From Felis catus (taxonomy: Eukaryota), in contig NC_058368.1 in the NCBI RefSeq assembly GCF_018350175.1, forward strand, positions 145,206,001 to 145,270,000: a stretch of 64,000 nt of DNA. Reading direction: 5' to 3'. Shown here piece by piece: positions 1 through 13,257 of this stretch (positions are counted from its first letter, which is position 1; each line of letters opens with the position of its first letter). The notes under the pieces are model-generated. The model was not told the DNA's origin, searched no databases, and saw only the letters and a list, made by a program, of their open reading frames with translations. Position numbers and translations under genes: made by a program.

Positions 1-175
1 CATGATCTCACGGTTCATGAGTTCGAGCCCTGCCTCGGGCTCTGTGCTGACAGCTCAGAGCCTGGAGCCTGCTTCAGATTCTGTGTCTCCCTCTCTCTCT
101 GCCCCTCCCCAACTTGTGCTCTCTCTCTCTCTCTCTCTCTCTCTCAAAAATAAACATTAAAAAAATTTTTTTTTT
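1..175 (+). mobile_element. Can-SINE (felid SINEC-type), 5' end outside the window
   Basis: gttcgagccc B-box, gctgacagctcagagcctggagcctgcttcagattctgtgtctccc body, (CT)n and aataaacattaaaaaaa tail. Confidence 0.95.
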
Positions 176-189
176 AAATCCACATTTTA

Positions 190-295
190 GGGGCACTGGG
201 CTGGCTTAGTCAGTAGAGCTTAGAACTCTTGATCTTGGGGTTTTAAGTTCGAGCCCAACATTAGGTATAGAGATTACTTTAAAAACTTCTTTAAA
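190..295 (+). mobile_element. Short older tRNA-derived carnivore SINE without (CT)n
   Basis: ggggcactgggctggcttagtcagtagagc...gttcgagccc; TSD AAATCCACAT(T/C)TTA at 176-189 and 296-309. Confidence 0.85.
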
Positions 296-1454
296 AAATC
301 CACATCTTAAAAAAAGATAGTGTCATTTAATTTTGAAAAAATAAGAGAAGCAAAAAGAAATTCTTTTTTTTCCTTTTTTTGTTTGTTTGTTTTTTACCAT
401 ATATGAGTGGGATCACTGAAATAAGGAAGCAATATGAGTCTTAATGTGTCTACCTCTACTTGATAAGAAAAGACAATATTAGCAGGTAATGGAAATGGGG
501 GACTAGAGTGTTATCCTATGGAAGGATGTTTTTCTGGGTGTATGTTATACATACTCAGGAAGAAAAGTAATTCAATGTTTGAAAAGAGAAGAAATGTGTA
601 GACTCTATACTTCAAAATCATTCCTTTCATCGTTGGAAGTGGAGAAGACATCTAAATAAAAAGGATTATGCCCGTAATTTGTATCAATGAACTTAACTTT
701 AATATACAAACTAAAGTGACCTGAGAGCAAATCCCTGTAGTCAGAAATCTGGATTTTTGGGGTTCTTTTTTTTGCACCAGCAACTTATGTAAAGGTAAAT
801 AGATAGTAAGCAAAAATGTTGTTTTTCCATCAGATCTAGTGGTAATAGTTGCACAACCTTGAGGATATACTAATAACCACTGAATTATATTTTTTAAAAT
901 AGTTTTATGGCATGTGAGTTATATGTAAAAGAAGAAGGGAATCACTGAGTCTTTTACACGTAGGCCCAACACTATGCATGAGCAGGAATAGTCACCCGTT
1001 CCAGACTGCCCCTGAGGGAGCCTGGCTGGTTTTGAGAGAAGCTGTGTGTTCTCAAAATCAATCAGTAGATAGACCAGCAAACAAGGGGATAAACTTGTCA
1101 TTTGTCTGAGTTCAAGTGTGTATTACACTCAGAGCTTTTGGCACTGTGCCTAAAAACCAACCCATTTCCTGAGCTATAAAGGCAAATATAACCTTTGAGT
1201 CTATGGCACAGGTTCAAGCCCACAGTGAGACCTGTGAACAGAAGAGTGAATGGACGGAGTCGAGGGTTCTAGCAAATGATATATTACTAAAAAATCACCT
1301 AGTTTTGAGCACGAAACAGAGCTAAGTGGGCATTTGATTCTTATAGGCACATTTTATAGATGACAGCTTGAGACAGTGAACCTAACCCCTTAATCACCAC
1401 CGCAAGAATCACTGCAACAAACAATAAAAGGTAACCTCTGGAGACAGACTTCCT

Positions 1455-1647
1455 CAAAATCCCAGCTCTTCTAGTTAGTAACTGCATAACTTTAGGCAAG
1501 TTATATATCCTTTCTGAGCCAATGTTCCTTGTTAGTAAAACAGGGATGCTGGTACTACTGGTGTGTAGCTCATGGGACTGTTCTGAATATTAAGTGACAA
1601 AATACAAACATCATACTTGGCACCAAGTAAAGTTGAACATTATTATT
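1455..1647 (+). mobile_element. MIR SINE
   Basis: aatcccagctct...aactttaggcaagtta...tctgagcc...gtaaaacagggat core. Confidence 0.7.
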
Positions 1648-2479
1648 CCTTTTAACAGCTCTTTGTTGACAAATTAAAATTTGACATCCATTTCTTCAAA
1701 ACTATTTTTTTACATGCCCAAATCTCTCTTAATAGAGTCAATTTTTTATTATATTTCTCTCATTAGAAGGGAGAAGCTTTCTCTTTTAAAGAGATAAATT
1801 AATGATCGTGCAAACTTCATTCTTCAGTGTTTTTGTAGGATTTGGGGATTTTGTAGATCATTCAAGAAATAACACCAAAATTAGATTAAGGCTCCTAACG
1901 TTGTTTCTATAGTTGATAATTTTCTTCAGAGTTGAAATTTTTATAATAATTTATTCAAGGAAGTTATCATCTGGGTTCTAAAATTCCTTCAGATTCATAC
2001 CCCTGACAAGAAAGAAAGCCATCAGGAGCTTCAGATAAATAATAAATGGGACTGTGACTTTAGGAGATGCTTGAGTAATACTGTCTTCAAAGTTCTCAAG
2101 AATAAAGGATGTGCTTTGGAATAAAACCAATACATTTTGGAGGCGGGGCATTTGCACTGCTGACATCCCCCCTCACTACCAGACCACCTGCTCCAGAAGG
2201 CCTTCCTGAGCCCCCCTCCCCCCACCCCAGCCACAGGATTTACCTAGACCCTCACAGCTTTTTCATGGCACATTGTACACAATTCAGAGGTAGCAGCTAT
2301 CACACGTATACCTTGGTTTGGTTTGGCTTGGCTTAGTTTGGCTTGTATTTCATCCACTGAGATTGTTTTCTAAGGGATTGAAATCTAAATATGCTTCCTT
2401 GTCTGCTCAGAACCTCTCCCACTAACTTCAGGCAACGAAAAAAGAAAAAGAAAAGCACAAACTCTTTGATGTGGCATCC

Positions 2480-2793
2480 CAGGCCATTTATGATCAGCCA
2501 TACTTCCTTTTGCACACTTATCTTTTTGCGCTCTTCCTCTGCTAGCCCTTTGTAGCTGCAGCCACAGTGAACTATCCCAGCCTGGGGCAGACTATGTTCC
2601 CTCTCCTCCTGTTGTTTGGTTAATGGAATGCGGCCTTCACCCTCTTCCTTTGCTAAACACTGTTCATTTGGCTGGTTGGTGCTAATGTCACTTTTTCTGG
2701 AAAGCCTTCCTAGACTTTCTCCCTCAAAATGGGGTGGTAGGACTCTTGAAAGTGTTCTCTTTTTTTGTTTGTTTTTAATGTTTATTTATTTAT

Positions 2794-2826
<33 letters not shown>

Positions 2827-3110
2827 CAGAGGGAGAGGGAGAGAATCCCAAACAGGTCCCACACCAACCAGTGTAAAGCCCAACTGAGCAACCCAGGTGC
2901 CCCTTGAAAGTGTTCTCATAACAACCAATATATCCCCCAATATCACACTTACCACTCTGAGTTGAAATATGTATTTTCTTTTCCTTCTTCCATAATAGAC
3001 AATAATCTCATTGAGGGCAGGTACTGTGACTTGCTCATTGCTATAGCCCCAGCTTTTAGCCCATTGCTTGGTAGGTAAGAGACCCTTACTAATTGTTGAA
3101 AAGATGAATC
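2480..3110 (+). mobile_element. L2 3' fragment interrupted by a Can-SINE
   Basis: ctcattgagggcagg...ccccagc...aattgttgaa...tgaat L2 tail pattern. Confidence 0.6.
2760..2903 (-). mobile_element. Can-SINE with internal deletion
   Basis: TSD TTGAAAGTGTTCTC at 2746-2759 and 2904-2917; (GA)n; ggtgcccc 5' end. Confidence 0.9.
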
Positions 3111-4632
3111 TGAATCTACATGCTTAAATTCAATAAACATGATACTACCTTTCAAATAATATAGGATGTGAAACACGGAGAAAACACTATCTTCTTGCCA
3201 GCTGGTAAGAGTTCCTTTGTACGAAGAGGTTTGCTTTGCTATACACACTCTTTCAAGCCTGATATGGGGTAGGTGCAAGGTCCCTGCTGGAGAGTATGCA
3301 GGGCTTCCTGAAGAAGGGGTCAAAGAAAAGATCTCAGTTGATGGTCCACTCATAAAGGGACTTTGGGAGAAAATGCATAATGGAGGCTTTATTAAGTTGT
3401 TTCCTAGGTGGTACTTTTGTGTAAAGAGTTTTGTGATTTAGGAAGTTCAAAGAGAACAAAAGGGAAATCAACATATGGTTATTATACATTTTTTAAAGTA
3501 TACATCTTCCCGAGTCTCTCTATTGACTTCCAAGCAAGTTAGGCTCCTAAGAGCCTGTAATTTGAAGGTACTAGTAACCCAAAGTTGTCTTTAGATCATG
3601 TAGATCTATCCTCCCTGAGGAGACAGGATTCAGCAAGGATCAGCTGGCTCACTTGATTACATCTTGAGAGATAAACCCACCCAGCCTATCATACAACCAT
3701 ACATAGCTCAGCGTTTTTTTGAAGAGTTATGTTGTGCTAAGTACTGCACGTGGCTAGGCAAGATTGGAGAAAGTGGAGAAATTTGGTGAAATGGCTATTT
3801 CTAAAGCAATTATGAGATTGGGAAAGGAAGGGTGGAGTTTGGAAGCCTGAGCATTATATTACATTGGGACAGTAGGTCAGAAAAGAAAAGGAGGTCTGCT
3901 GTGGTGTGGGTCTAATGCATCATGGGTCATGCCACACAGATGCAGACAGAGAGGCCCTCTGGGAAAAAGGGTTTATGACAGTGTATGGTGTCCAAGGTAC
4001 AGTGTAAAACCTTCCTTGATCTCCCTTCCAAACTAATAAATTCTATATGACTGATTAATATATTTGGTTCGAGTGGATTTTATCTCACACCATCAGTGTT
4101 TATAAATGACTTGAAAGTAACTGTAAGGACTATGCAGAAGGCTTTATGCGGGGGCAATTGTAGCAGTATTTATTCCTCAATTCCTTTTGTTCTCAGACTG
4201 CATAAAATTACTGTTCAGAATCACACATTTCCGACTTTTTTTGTTGTTGTTTTGCAAGATTTCTGATCTTCAGTACCCCAGACTTTACACTGGGGCAGTT
4301 TTATACTCAGTATTGTTCTTCTTCCCACATCTAGTATAGCACAGTTGGGTGGCAGCTAGCAGATATGTATGTTGGGATTCTTCTGCTCTCTGAGGGAAAA
4401 TGAAGCTAAATACCTTTTGCCTGATGTGGGGTCTATTGGCCATGTTCCTGCCACATATTCCCTAGCTTTCTTATACTTCAAATCCTCTCAAAAGAAGGAA
4501 CAAAAGAAAACACTAATATGTGTTAAGCATTTCCAAGCCATCTATCATGCTAAATACTTAATATTAGTTAACTTCAGACACATGTATTTCCATAGTTATC
4601 TAGCAAAGAGACAATGGACCAAGGAACCTTAC

Positions 4633-5280
4633 CTGGTTATGGGCCATTCAGACTTTTGCTTAAATCTATAGCATCCCAGCCATAAAGATTTACAGGGAGA
4701 TTATCTGAGGCATGAAATCAATTTTGTTTAGACTGAGTTTGAACTACCATCTTGATTTAGAGATATCCTAGAGAACCTAGTTCAAGTTTGTACCAATCCC
4801 AGAGATTCAGAGAAGGGGGGGCTATTACTTATAAAGACCTTACTAATTGACGGTTGTAGACTAAATACCTTAAATATCATTATAAAAATACACTCCCAGG
4901 ATTTTAATCAATTTAGCATGGTACCTGGGAAACAGGAAGAGTTTCGTAGAGGAGAGCTTGTACCTTTCCCTGAGTTCTTTGGAACTTCTCATTTTAAGAT
5001 GGGGGAGGGATAATCTAGAACCCTTTTTTTTTTTTTTTTTTTTTGGCCCAATAATCTTCTTGAGTCAAAAGAAATCAGTGGTGGTTCCCATCTGCAATGA
5101 ATTGCCTGGATCCAAAGCCAAATGGGTTTAAATTCAAGGTATCCCAAAGCCATAAAGTTAGTAAATAGGCCACAGGAGGTCAGGACATACTCTGACCCAC
5201 TGTGTAGGTAATTTTTTTTGGCACTTAGGAATGGACAAATTGATACTCCAGGTTATATAATATATGTATGGCTTCAGCGA
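4633..5280 (-). pseudogene. Pseudo-exons 5280-5201 and 4704-4633 (NLPVNLYGWDAIDLSKSLNGP*P)
   Basis: Donors ACA|gtgggt and CAG|gtaagg; acceptors aatactgttag and ttcatgcctcag. Confidence 0.5.
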
Positions 5281-6296
5281 CTAACAGTATTTGGAAAGTA
5301 ACAGATTTAGATTCAAGGAGTGTTGAAAAATCTTCTACTTTTCAAGAGAAAAAAAGCCTCTACACGGGTTAAAAGGCTTGTAATTGGGGAAATAGCATTA
5401 AAACAAGTCAGCGTTAGAACCAGGTGAATATTTATTTATGACAAAATTAAAAGCATGAATAGGTTTGTAGTTCCTTACCATTTTGGCTAATAGTATTCAA
5501 AATAATTTTAATTAAGAACAAGGAACATCATAAGTCCAGTATGAAAATAAAATATAATTTACTATAATAGTGACTTAATGAAAGGTTATTTGTTTTTATT
5601 TTAAAATCTTAAAGCACACAGTAGCATTATCTTGAATAAACTTGCTGTTAACCTTCAGCTGTAAAATGATTTTCAATAATGAGGCATAATATCAAAGAAA
5701 ATTTTCAAATACAAATAAGAGTATTTAGAGAGACTAAATAAAAAGTGAGACTTCTTCATTGAAAGTGACCAAAGGAAGATCCAAATTAAGAATTTACCCA
5801 AAATAGAGTAGGAACCCATTTTATTAGAAGTAAAGCAGAATGAAGGCTTCAGCCACCCAAAGTTTCACACCAGTGATTTAATTGGAAAGGTCTTTCCTTA
5901 TAAACAGGATTAATTCCAATTAGTGGAAAATTCAAATTATGTTTATAAACACTAACAAAATGCTATCATTCCATAGCATATTACTTGCACAGCACCTATC
6001 CTATAAGACATTTTATGAAAGACAAAGGTTCATTAATTTTGCTAATTCTCCATTTTATAGATGAAGAAACTGAAGCATAAAGTATTTAAAAGACAAGCCA
6101 TAGCAAGTTTCCAGAAAAGCTGAAGAATTTCCTTCCTTCTTAGTCCTTTGTTCATGATATTCCCACAAGAAAAATAAATAAAAGCAAGTCCCAAGTAGCA
6201 CAAAATGAAAAGGGGAAAGTGCTATAATGGTCTATAGTGGCAATCCAGAAGAGACATGGGATGAAAAGTAAGAAATAAATGTTAACTTGCAGAAAC

Positions 6297-6496
6297 TTAA
6301 ATTCCCCTTTTCTCTGGCCCTTCTAATAAGGCATGAATTAAAGGTGCTGATTTTTTCCAGAGGAAAAGCTTCTTTGTAACAAAGCTCTTAGGTTTGTAAC
6401 TCCTGGCATTCTCTTCTTTAGCACTTGGTAGACATTTAGTATCCTTGGAGCAAGTGAAGTTCATGCCATTTTTGACACCACCAGCCACAGAGTGAC
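6297..6496 (-). pseudogene. Pseudo-exon, HSVAGGVKNGMNFTCSKDTKCLPSAKEENARSYKPKSFVTKKLFLWKKSAPLIHALLEGPEKRGI*
   Basis: Acceptor ccactttgccag|G followed by about 65 open codons. Confidence 0.45.
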
Positions 6497-7423
6497 CTGG
6501 CAAAGTGGAGTTCCTTTATGGAGATCTGCCCTAGAGTTATAGGGCCAACTCAACCCCTGACCTGCTGCTCTGGGACCGAGATCTCAATTAGAAAAATCTC
6601 ACAGCCTGGCAGGTAGTAGCAAAAGGCTGTCTGACCCAACAAGCAGAGACATATACCTGCTGAGATTCTCCATGAGCTGCCTAGAACCCATTGTTGTAAG
6701 TGGTTGTCCCAGGCCTTGTGTGTGTGGAGGGGTGAGGGGTGAGGGGATGGGTGGCTAGAGAAAGACCAAGAGAGAAGTAGAAAAAGCAAGCCCAGGGGAT
6801 CTTTGTTGTTGCTACCTGTTTTCCTTCCAGAGGAGCTCCTGTACTTAGTTTACCACGAGCCTAGGGCAGGAGACAACACCAAAAGATGTGTTTGGGGAGG
6901 AGAGAGAGGTCAGGTCACAGAAGACCTGAACTGCTGGATCAGATTTCATCCAGAAGGCGTGTGGAAGCTGATGAAGATTTTTAGCAGAGAAATGCACTTG
7001 AAAATGAGCATTGTGGCTAGTGTAGCGTGGAGAAATGAGCAAGAACCGCCTTGTCCATCACTGTTGCAGTGTCTGCAGTAAAGTAAGTAGGAGCTCAGTA
7101 AATATCTGTTGACTGGATGAGTGAATGAATGAGTGAATGGATGCCTTTAGTTGGGGAGAAAGAAGAGCCTGGCAAAGAGCTCACTTTGTTGAAGGTTGCC
7201 AACACTATCTTCACTGCAAGACAAATGAGATTTCTTAATGTATGTGTGTGGGAGTGGGGCAGGAGGGGATGGGGTCTACTTCATAGAATTGGTTATGTCT
7301 TTGGACACTTTTATTATAGTGGAGGAGGAAGACACAAAGACAATTAAGTAAACTATTAACAAATTATGATTGGTATCATGAAACCAAGGGCCAGGATAGG
7401 GAAGAACAAAGGAGACCTATTTT

Positions 7424-8274
7424 TTTTTTTCTTTATTCTTTTTAACATCACTTTTTTTTAATACATGAAATTTATTGCCAGATTGGTTTCCATACAACAC
7501 CCAGTGCTCATCCCAAAAGATGCCCTCTTCAATACCCATCACCCACCCTCCCTGCCCTCCCACCCCCCATCAACCCTCAGTTTGTTCTCAGTTTTTAAGA
7601 GTCTCTTATGCTTTGGCTCTCTCCCACTCTAACCTCTTTTTTTTTCCTTCCCCTCCCCCCATGGGTTTCTGTTAAGTTTCTCAGGATCCACATAAGAGTG
7701 AAACCATATGGTATCTGTCTTTCTCTATATGGCTTATTTCACTTAGCATTACACTCATCAGTTCCATCCACGTTGCTACAAAGAGCCATATTTCATTCTT
7801 TCTCATTGCCACGTAGTACTCCATTGTGTATATAAACCACAATTTCTTTATCCATTCATCAGTTGATGGACATTTAGGTTCTTTCCACAATTTGGCTATT
7901 GTTGAGAGTGCTGCTATAAACATTGGGGTACAAGTGCCCCTATGCATCAGTACTCCTGTATCCCTTGGGTAAATTCCTAGCAGTGCTACTGCTGGGTCAT
8001 AGGGTAGGTCTATTTTTAATTTTCTGAGGAACCTCCACACTGTTTTCCAGAGCGGCTGCACCAATTTGCATTCCCACCAACAGTGCAAGAGGGTTCCCGT
8101 TTCTCCACATCCTCTCCAGCATCTATAGTCTCCTGATTTGTTCATTTTGGCCACTCTGACTGGCGTGAGGTGATATCTGAGTGTGGTTTTGATTTGTATT
8201 TCCCTGATGAGAAGCAATGTTGAGCATCTTTTCATGTGCCTGTTGGCCATCTGGATGTCTTCTTTAGAGAAGTG
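7424..8274 (-). mobile_element. Young 5'-truncated felid-type L1 (ORF2 C-terminus, 3' UTR, poly A), inserted in an L2
   Basis: Open ORF2 C-terminus 7681-8250 including the [18 protein letters not shown] zinc knuckle; TSD AGGAGACCTATTTT at 7410-7423 and 8275-8288. Confidence 0.97.
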
Positions 8275-10023
8275 AGGAGACCTATTTTAGAGGAGATGAT
8301 AGAGGAAACTCTGAGAATGTGATATTTAAGCTGAGCCCCAAAGGAGGATAAGGAGCTATCTATGTGAAGAACCAATGTATAGGCTTTACAAGAAGTGGAA
8401 CTTTCGCAAAGCCTCTGAGGCAGAAAAGGGCTCATTTTGTTCCAAACACTACTGGAAGACCAGAGTGACTAGCTCAAAGCCTGAGCAAGAAAGCAACAGG
8501 CAGGGCCAGATGACTCAGGGCTTGGCATATTAGGAGCTGACAGCTTTGTCAAGCCAGCCCCAGCCCTATTTCAGCAGGAGGAATGAAAGGAATCTAAGAG
8601 AGGTAGCAGAACAGATGAGAACTGAAAGTATGAGGAGGATTTCAGATCATATTTATTCTAGATCTTCCCCAAAGGAATCACCATACCCTAGAAATACTCT
8701 ACAGGGAAAGGAATGTGTACATTGAGAATAAAGACTTCAACTTGGGCAAAGGAGATGCTTGGGAAGTCACCTTCCTGGGCAACCAGGCTTTCTCCCTAAG
8801 AAGTATCATTCACCTGCCTCATGGAAAGAGAGGGTTTTTGGTTTTCATTTTTTCCTTCAACATTATAGACTACCCCAAAGTAAAATTTACAAGTTGAAAA
8901 ATGTGAAGGAAATAAAGAAAGAGGGGGAAAAAGCTGCCAAGAAGGTACAGAGCTTAGAAGGGAAGATTGCCCCTTTTTTGTCAGTGCTTCCCATCATCCA
9001 TCATCCTTATCCTAATGGAGACTGAATTGGTGGCTCACAGGGAAGAGTTTACCTCCTATCCTCCTTCAACTTGGTTAATGTTATATTTTACTCCTCAACA
9101 AAGGCACAACTACATGGGAAGTTCCCTTTGCAATGGGGAAAATGTCCTTTTATTTTATTCTGTTTGATAATTCCTGATTAAAGTTCTTCAGATTTTGCTT
9201 GCAGCTCTGTAGTTCCCTAATTTGTCTAGGAAGAAACATTTTGTAGCTAAAAGCAGATGGGATCCTAGTAGTGAGAGGATAAAGTGTATAACCCCTGCGA
9301 ACTGGGAAAGTCTGTGAGATGAGGAACTGGTTGTGTCTTGGGTATCTCTGAATGCCAGGTGGGACTTCTCCCTGAGGCTCATTCACACTCAGCATAATAA
9401 ACATGGAGAATATCCCAGATCTACCATTTACACTACATGGCCTTGAGCAAACTGCTTAAGTTGGTCAAAAAATAACTTTTCTATAACTGTGTTTTTCTAA
9501 GATTGGTGATCATTAATGGGTCATGAAATCAATTTATAGGCTTGACAATCATTTTTTAAAAAAGAATTGAATAGATAATAACAGTTTTTTTGTTTTGTTT
9601 TGCATATGGTAAGGGTTAAGTGTTGTTGCATGAGACTTGTTTCAGATAGGTTTACTGTCACAATGTCAAATATATTGCTTCTTGTGGGTAGTGTAGTAAT
9701 CAAAGAAGTTTGAAAAATACTGATGACTTAGTTTCTAGCTCCCATTCCCACTCAGAAGTAGGGAAAAAGTTAAAATAGTACATTAAACCCTACTCAGCAT
9801 TTTCAGTTTCAAAGTGTCTATTTGGGGGGGGGGGGTTTATGTCCCCTCTTCCCTCCCCTTTTACCTGCTTCTCCCTTTCTTGTGCTCCTCCTCCCTTCCT
9901 TAGGCTGGACAGCCTCAGTCTCATCTCTCATCTCTTGATGGCATTAGAGCTTCCAGAAGACAGACCAAACAACAGTAAACCCCTAACTTACCAAGAAATA
10001 GAGACAGCAGGAAATGCTTTTTA

Positions 10024-10237
10024 TTCTTGTATTTATTTTAAACATTTATTTATTTATTTTGAGAGAGAGAGAGAGAACTGTGGAGGGGCAGAGAGACAGG
10101 AGAGAGAGAGAACCCCAGCAGGCTCCAGGCTGTCAGCACAGAGGCCAGCACGGGGCTCTATCTCACAAACAGTGAAACCATACCTCAGCAGAAATCAGGA
10201 GTTGGATGCTCAACCAAGTGAGCCACCCACACGCCCC
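10024..10237 (-). mobile_element. Can-SINE
   Basis: TSD AGGAAATGCTTTTTA at 10009-10023 and 10238-10252. Confidence 0.93.
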
Positions 10238-10930
10238 AGGAAATGCTTTTTAAAATAACATTCTACATTAAACATGTAATCTGTCAGAGCCTCAGTTTCC
10301 ATATCTATTAAACATGCTGAATATGCTTAATATTTAAATTGTCTGCCACATTTTAGGTACTGGATAAATATGAAGTCTTTCCCATTTTGGGTTCTTAATA
10401 TTGCTCAAAGAATTGCTCTAAGCTAGCCCTTTGTCTCTGGGAACGTAGGCTGGGTTATGGATGTATATGGTACATAGAGACAGCAAAATGAAAACAAATC
10501 AATACATCAATGGGGTGGAAGGTATTTATATCATACTCAGGTCAAGTGTGTTTTATGGCTCATGACCAAGAGTCTAAGATATCTCAACTGATGAATCCTC
10601 CAGGAAACTAGCTCCAGCATATTCAGATGAAAAACAAAACAAAACACAAGTATACCATACCAAATTAATCTGCATGGGCACAGGCAGGGCTTAACCAACT
10701 GTAAGCATGATTGAAAAGGGTAAAAAAAAAAAATGTCTGTTCCTAAGCCCCCTGCCTCCCTGCTCTGCTCCCTTGTCAGAACCTGGTAACAGTCCTCTCT
10801 TTGAGCATGTGGTTGTCCTTATGTTCCTTTCTCAACCCAACCCCCCAACCCCCCTGACAAGATTCTGATAGCATGTAAAATAAGTGACACCGCACATAAA
10901 ACCCATTCTCACAGAAGTGTTCCTGTGGGG

Positions 10931-11085
10931 GATATATATAATATATATAATATATTATATTATATTATATTATATTATATTATATACATTATATATAATA
11001 TATAAAATTATATATATTATGCGACATATAAAATATACACAATTTAATTTAGTTTATTATATATATTTAATGTGTAATATTTCTT
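10931..11085. repeat. AT-rich (TA/TATAT)n low-complexity tract
   Basis: atatatataatatatataatatattatattatatt... Confidence 0.9.
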
Positions 11086-11357
11086 AATGTAATTTTTTTC
11101 TTTAAGAAATTTCCAACAGGATCAAGGGACTTCAAGGAACCTTAATTTAATCCCTTAATGTGGCATAGCAATTGGTGGGGGAGTGGCAGGGGTAAAGGAC
11201 CCTTAGTCTGGCTTGCCTACAGGGCATACCTGACCCTGAAGCAACTGAGATAAAGATGCCTCTATCCTCTCAGCACCGAAGCTTGCCTGTCTAACAGGAA
11301 CTGACAGGCCTCAACCCACTAGGTCATTATGCTTCAATCTGTCCCCCACTTTACTGT

Positions 11358-12195
11358 TGTATTGGTCAGAGTTATTAAAAAAAAGAAAAATTCAACTGAG
11401 TAAATTTTAAGATCTCACTGCCTTTATTAAATGATTTATGAATCTGGCGGCACCCCATCTAACAAGTAGAAGGAAGCTCTGAGCAGTTGTATAAAATGGA
11501 AGATCTTTATAGAAGGAGGGTGGGGCAAGAAGGATTGTTCCAGGCCAGGTCCCATTCCCTTAGAGGAAAGAGGGGAATCTTATCATGCAGATTTCCTTTG
11601 GGGGGTTGACTACGCCCTGCTGATCAGAAAATTCTTGACTGACCAGTTAAGACTACACTTCTAGGGGAGGTTGAAACTGCAATGAGGTTAGGTATGAAGC
11701 CCCAGTTTGGGGCCTTGGCCCAAATGAAGCCATTTGCGGCCTGAGGTTTTCTTTTTATCAGGTTCTCCAGAGAAATAGAACTGATAGGAGAGAGAGAGAA
11801 AAGAGAGAGAAGAGAAGAGAAGAGAGATTGAGATTGAGATTTATTTTAAGGAATTTGTTTACATGATTATGGAGGTGGGCATGTCCAAAATCTGTAGGGT
11901 GGACCACTGCTGGAGACCTGGGGAACAGCCAATGTTATAGTTGAAGGCTGTGTGCTGGCAGAATTCCTTCTTGCTCTTGGGAGATCAGTCTTTCATTCTG
12001 TTCAGGCTTTCAACTGATTGTTGGGTTGTGCGATGCAGATGAGGTCTACCCATATTATGGAGGGCAATTGCTTTATTCAAAGTCCGGCAATCTAAACGTA
12101 ATTTTCATCCAAAAACACCCTCACAGAATCGTCTTGAATAACGTTTGAGTAAATATCTGGGTACGCTATGGCCCAGCCATGGTTAATTCATCATA
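11358..12195 (-). mobile_element. MLT2 (ERVL) LTR, interrupted
   Basis: ggttctccagagaaatagaac...(GA)n...tttattttaaggaatt...atggagggcaa...tcatccaaaaacaccctcacaga. Confidence 0.85.
11372..11760 (-). mobile_element. ERV1-type solo LTR nested in MLT2
   Basis: About 390 bp insert with LTR-like ends splitting tgtattggtcag|ggttctccagagaaa. Confidence 0.65.
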
Positions 12196-12416
12196 TCTTC
12201 TATACAGCCAGAGGTGGCCTTCCCCAACATACCAACCTTAATCCAACTGTTTCCCAATTCTGGCATTCTTCCAGAATTCCCAGATTCAAAACGTTATATT
12301 CTAACACATTTCAAGTTATTCAAGTGTTTAAAGATTGATCATGGTTGTAATTCCCTCCCCTTTATTAGACACACAGAAACATTGTAATATTTTGGGGGGA
12401 GAGGGTAGTTTCATAT

Positions 12417-12880
12417 GGTTGTTCTCAATTTGTTTGCATTCAGGACCCGTTTACACTCTTAAAAATTAAGAATGTAAAAAAGCTTGTTTGCAGGGCCATA
12501 TGTCTTGATACTATACCTTACAGAAATATGTGTATCATATTAGAAATGAAAATGAGACATTAAAATATATATTTTTGAATTTATTTCAAAATAATAATGC
12601 TAACAAATATGTTAGCCATAGATAACATATTATGAAAAACAACTGTTTTCCAAAACAAAAATAATTGGTGAGAAGAGTGGCATTCTTTTACATATTTGCA
12701 AGTCGCTTTAATGCTTGAGTTAATAGAAGATGGTAGGATTATCATATCTGCTTCTGCATTTGACCTGCTGTGCTATGTTTTGATTAAAGTATATAAAGAA
12801 AACCTAACCTCACACTAATATGTAGCTGGAAAAGGGAAGACTTGCACAGGACTCTTTGGACCACATTTTGAGAACTACTG
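12417..12880. mobile_element. hAT-Charlie non-autonomous element (Charlie1b-like)
   Basis: Inverted ends gttctcaa / ttgagaactactg; caggacccgtttacactcttaaaaatta; gtgagaagagtggcatt. Confidence 0.8.
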
Positions 12881-13257
12881 GTTTTATAGAAGTACTTCTA
12901 CCTGTGAGTCAGAGGCCCTAGACCCTCATCTCTGCTTTGTCAGTAACCAGCTGTGCCTCACCTAAACGGTAAAGAAATCAACATATTGTTGAACACCTCC
13001 TGTGTATCAGGCATGGTGTATATAGCATTTAATAGAATCTTCCTAACAACTTATAGCGTAAGCAGTTGCACAATGGCAAATGCTTAACAATCAGAGAGGA
13101 ATTCGTCCAGGCGAGTCACATGGATGTGACTTCTATTGTAGAACAGGACATCAAGCCCCAGAATAACTACACCACTTTAATCTACTGCCTGTGCGAAGCA
13201 GTGTACACCCTAATTACTTCTTTCCTATGAAGAATGGTGATTTGATGATCCAGGTAC

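Larger units (their letters stand above)
1745..3403 (-). pseudogene. Candidate penultimate (3403-3149) and terminal (2002 to about 1745) pseudo-exons
   Basis: Donor AAG|gtagta at 3148; strong acceptor ctttctttcttgtcag|G at 2003; AATAAA on the minus strand at 1750-1745. Confidence 0.45.

Noticed and set aside
190..295. tRNA gene
   Set aside because: tRNA-like A/B boxes, but with a TSD, A-rich tail and no intact cloverleaf; it is a SINE.
7681..8250. 189-aa ORF as a host gene
   Set aside because: It is the L1 ORF2 C-terminus inside a TSD-flanked, 5'-truncated insertion.
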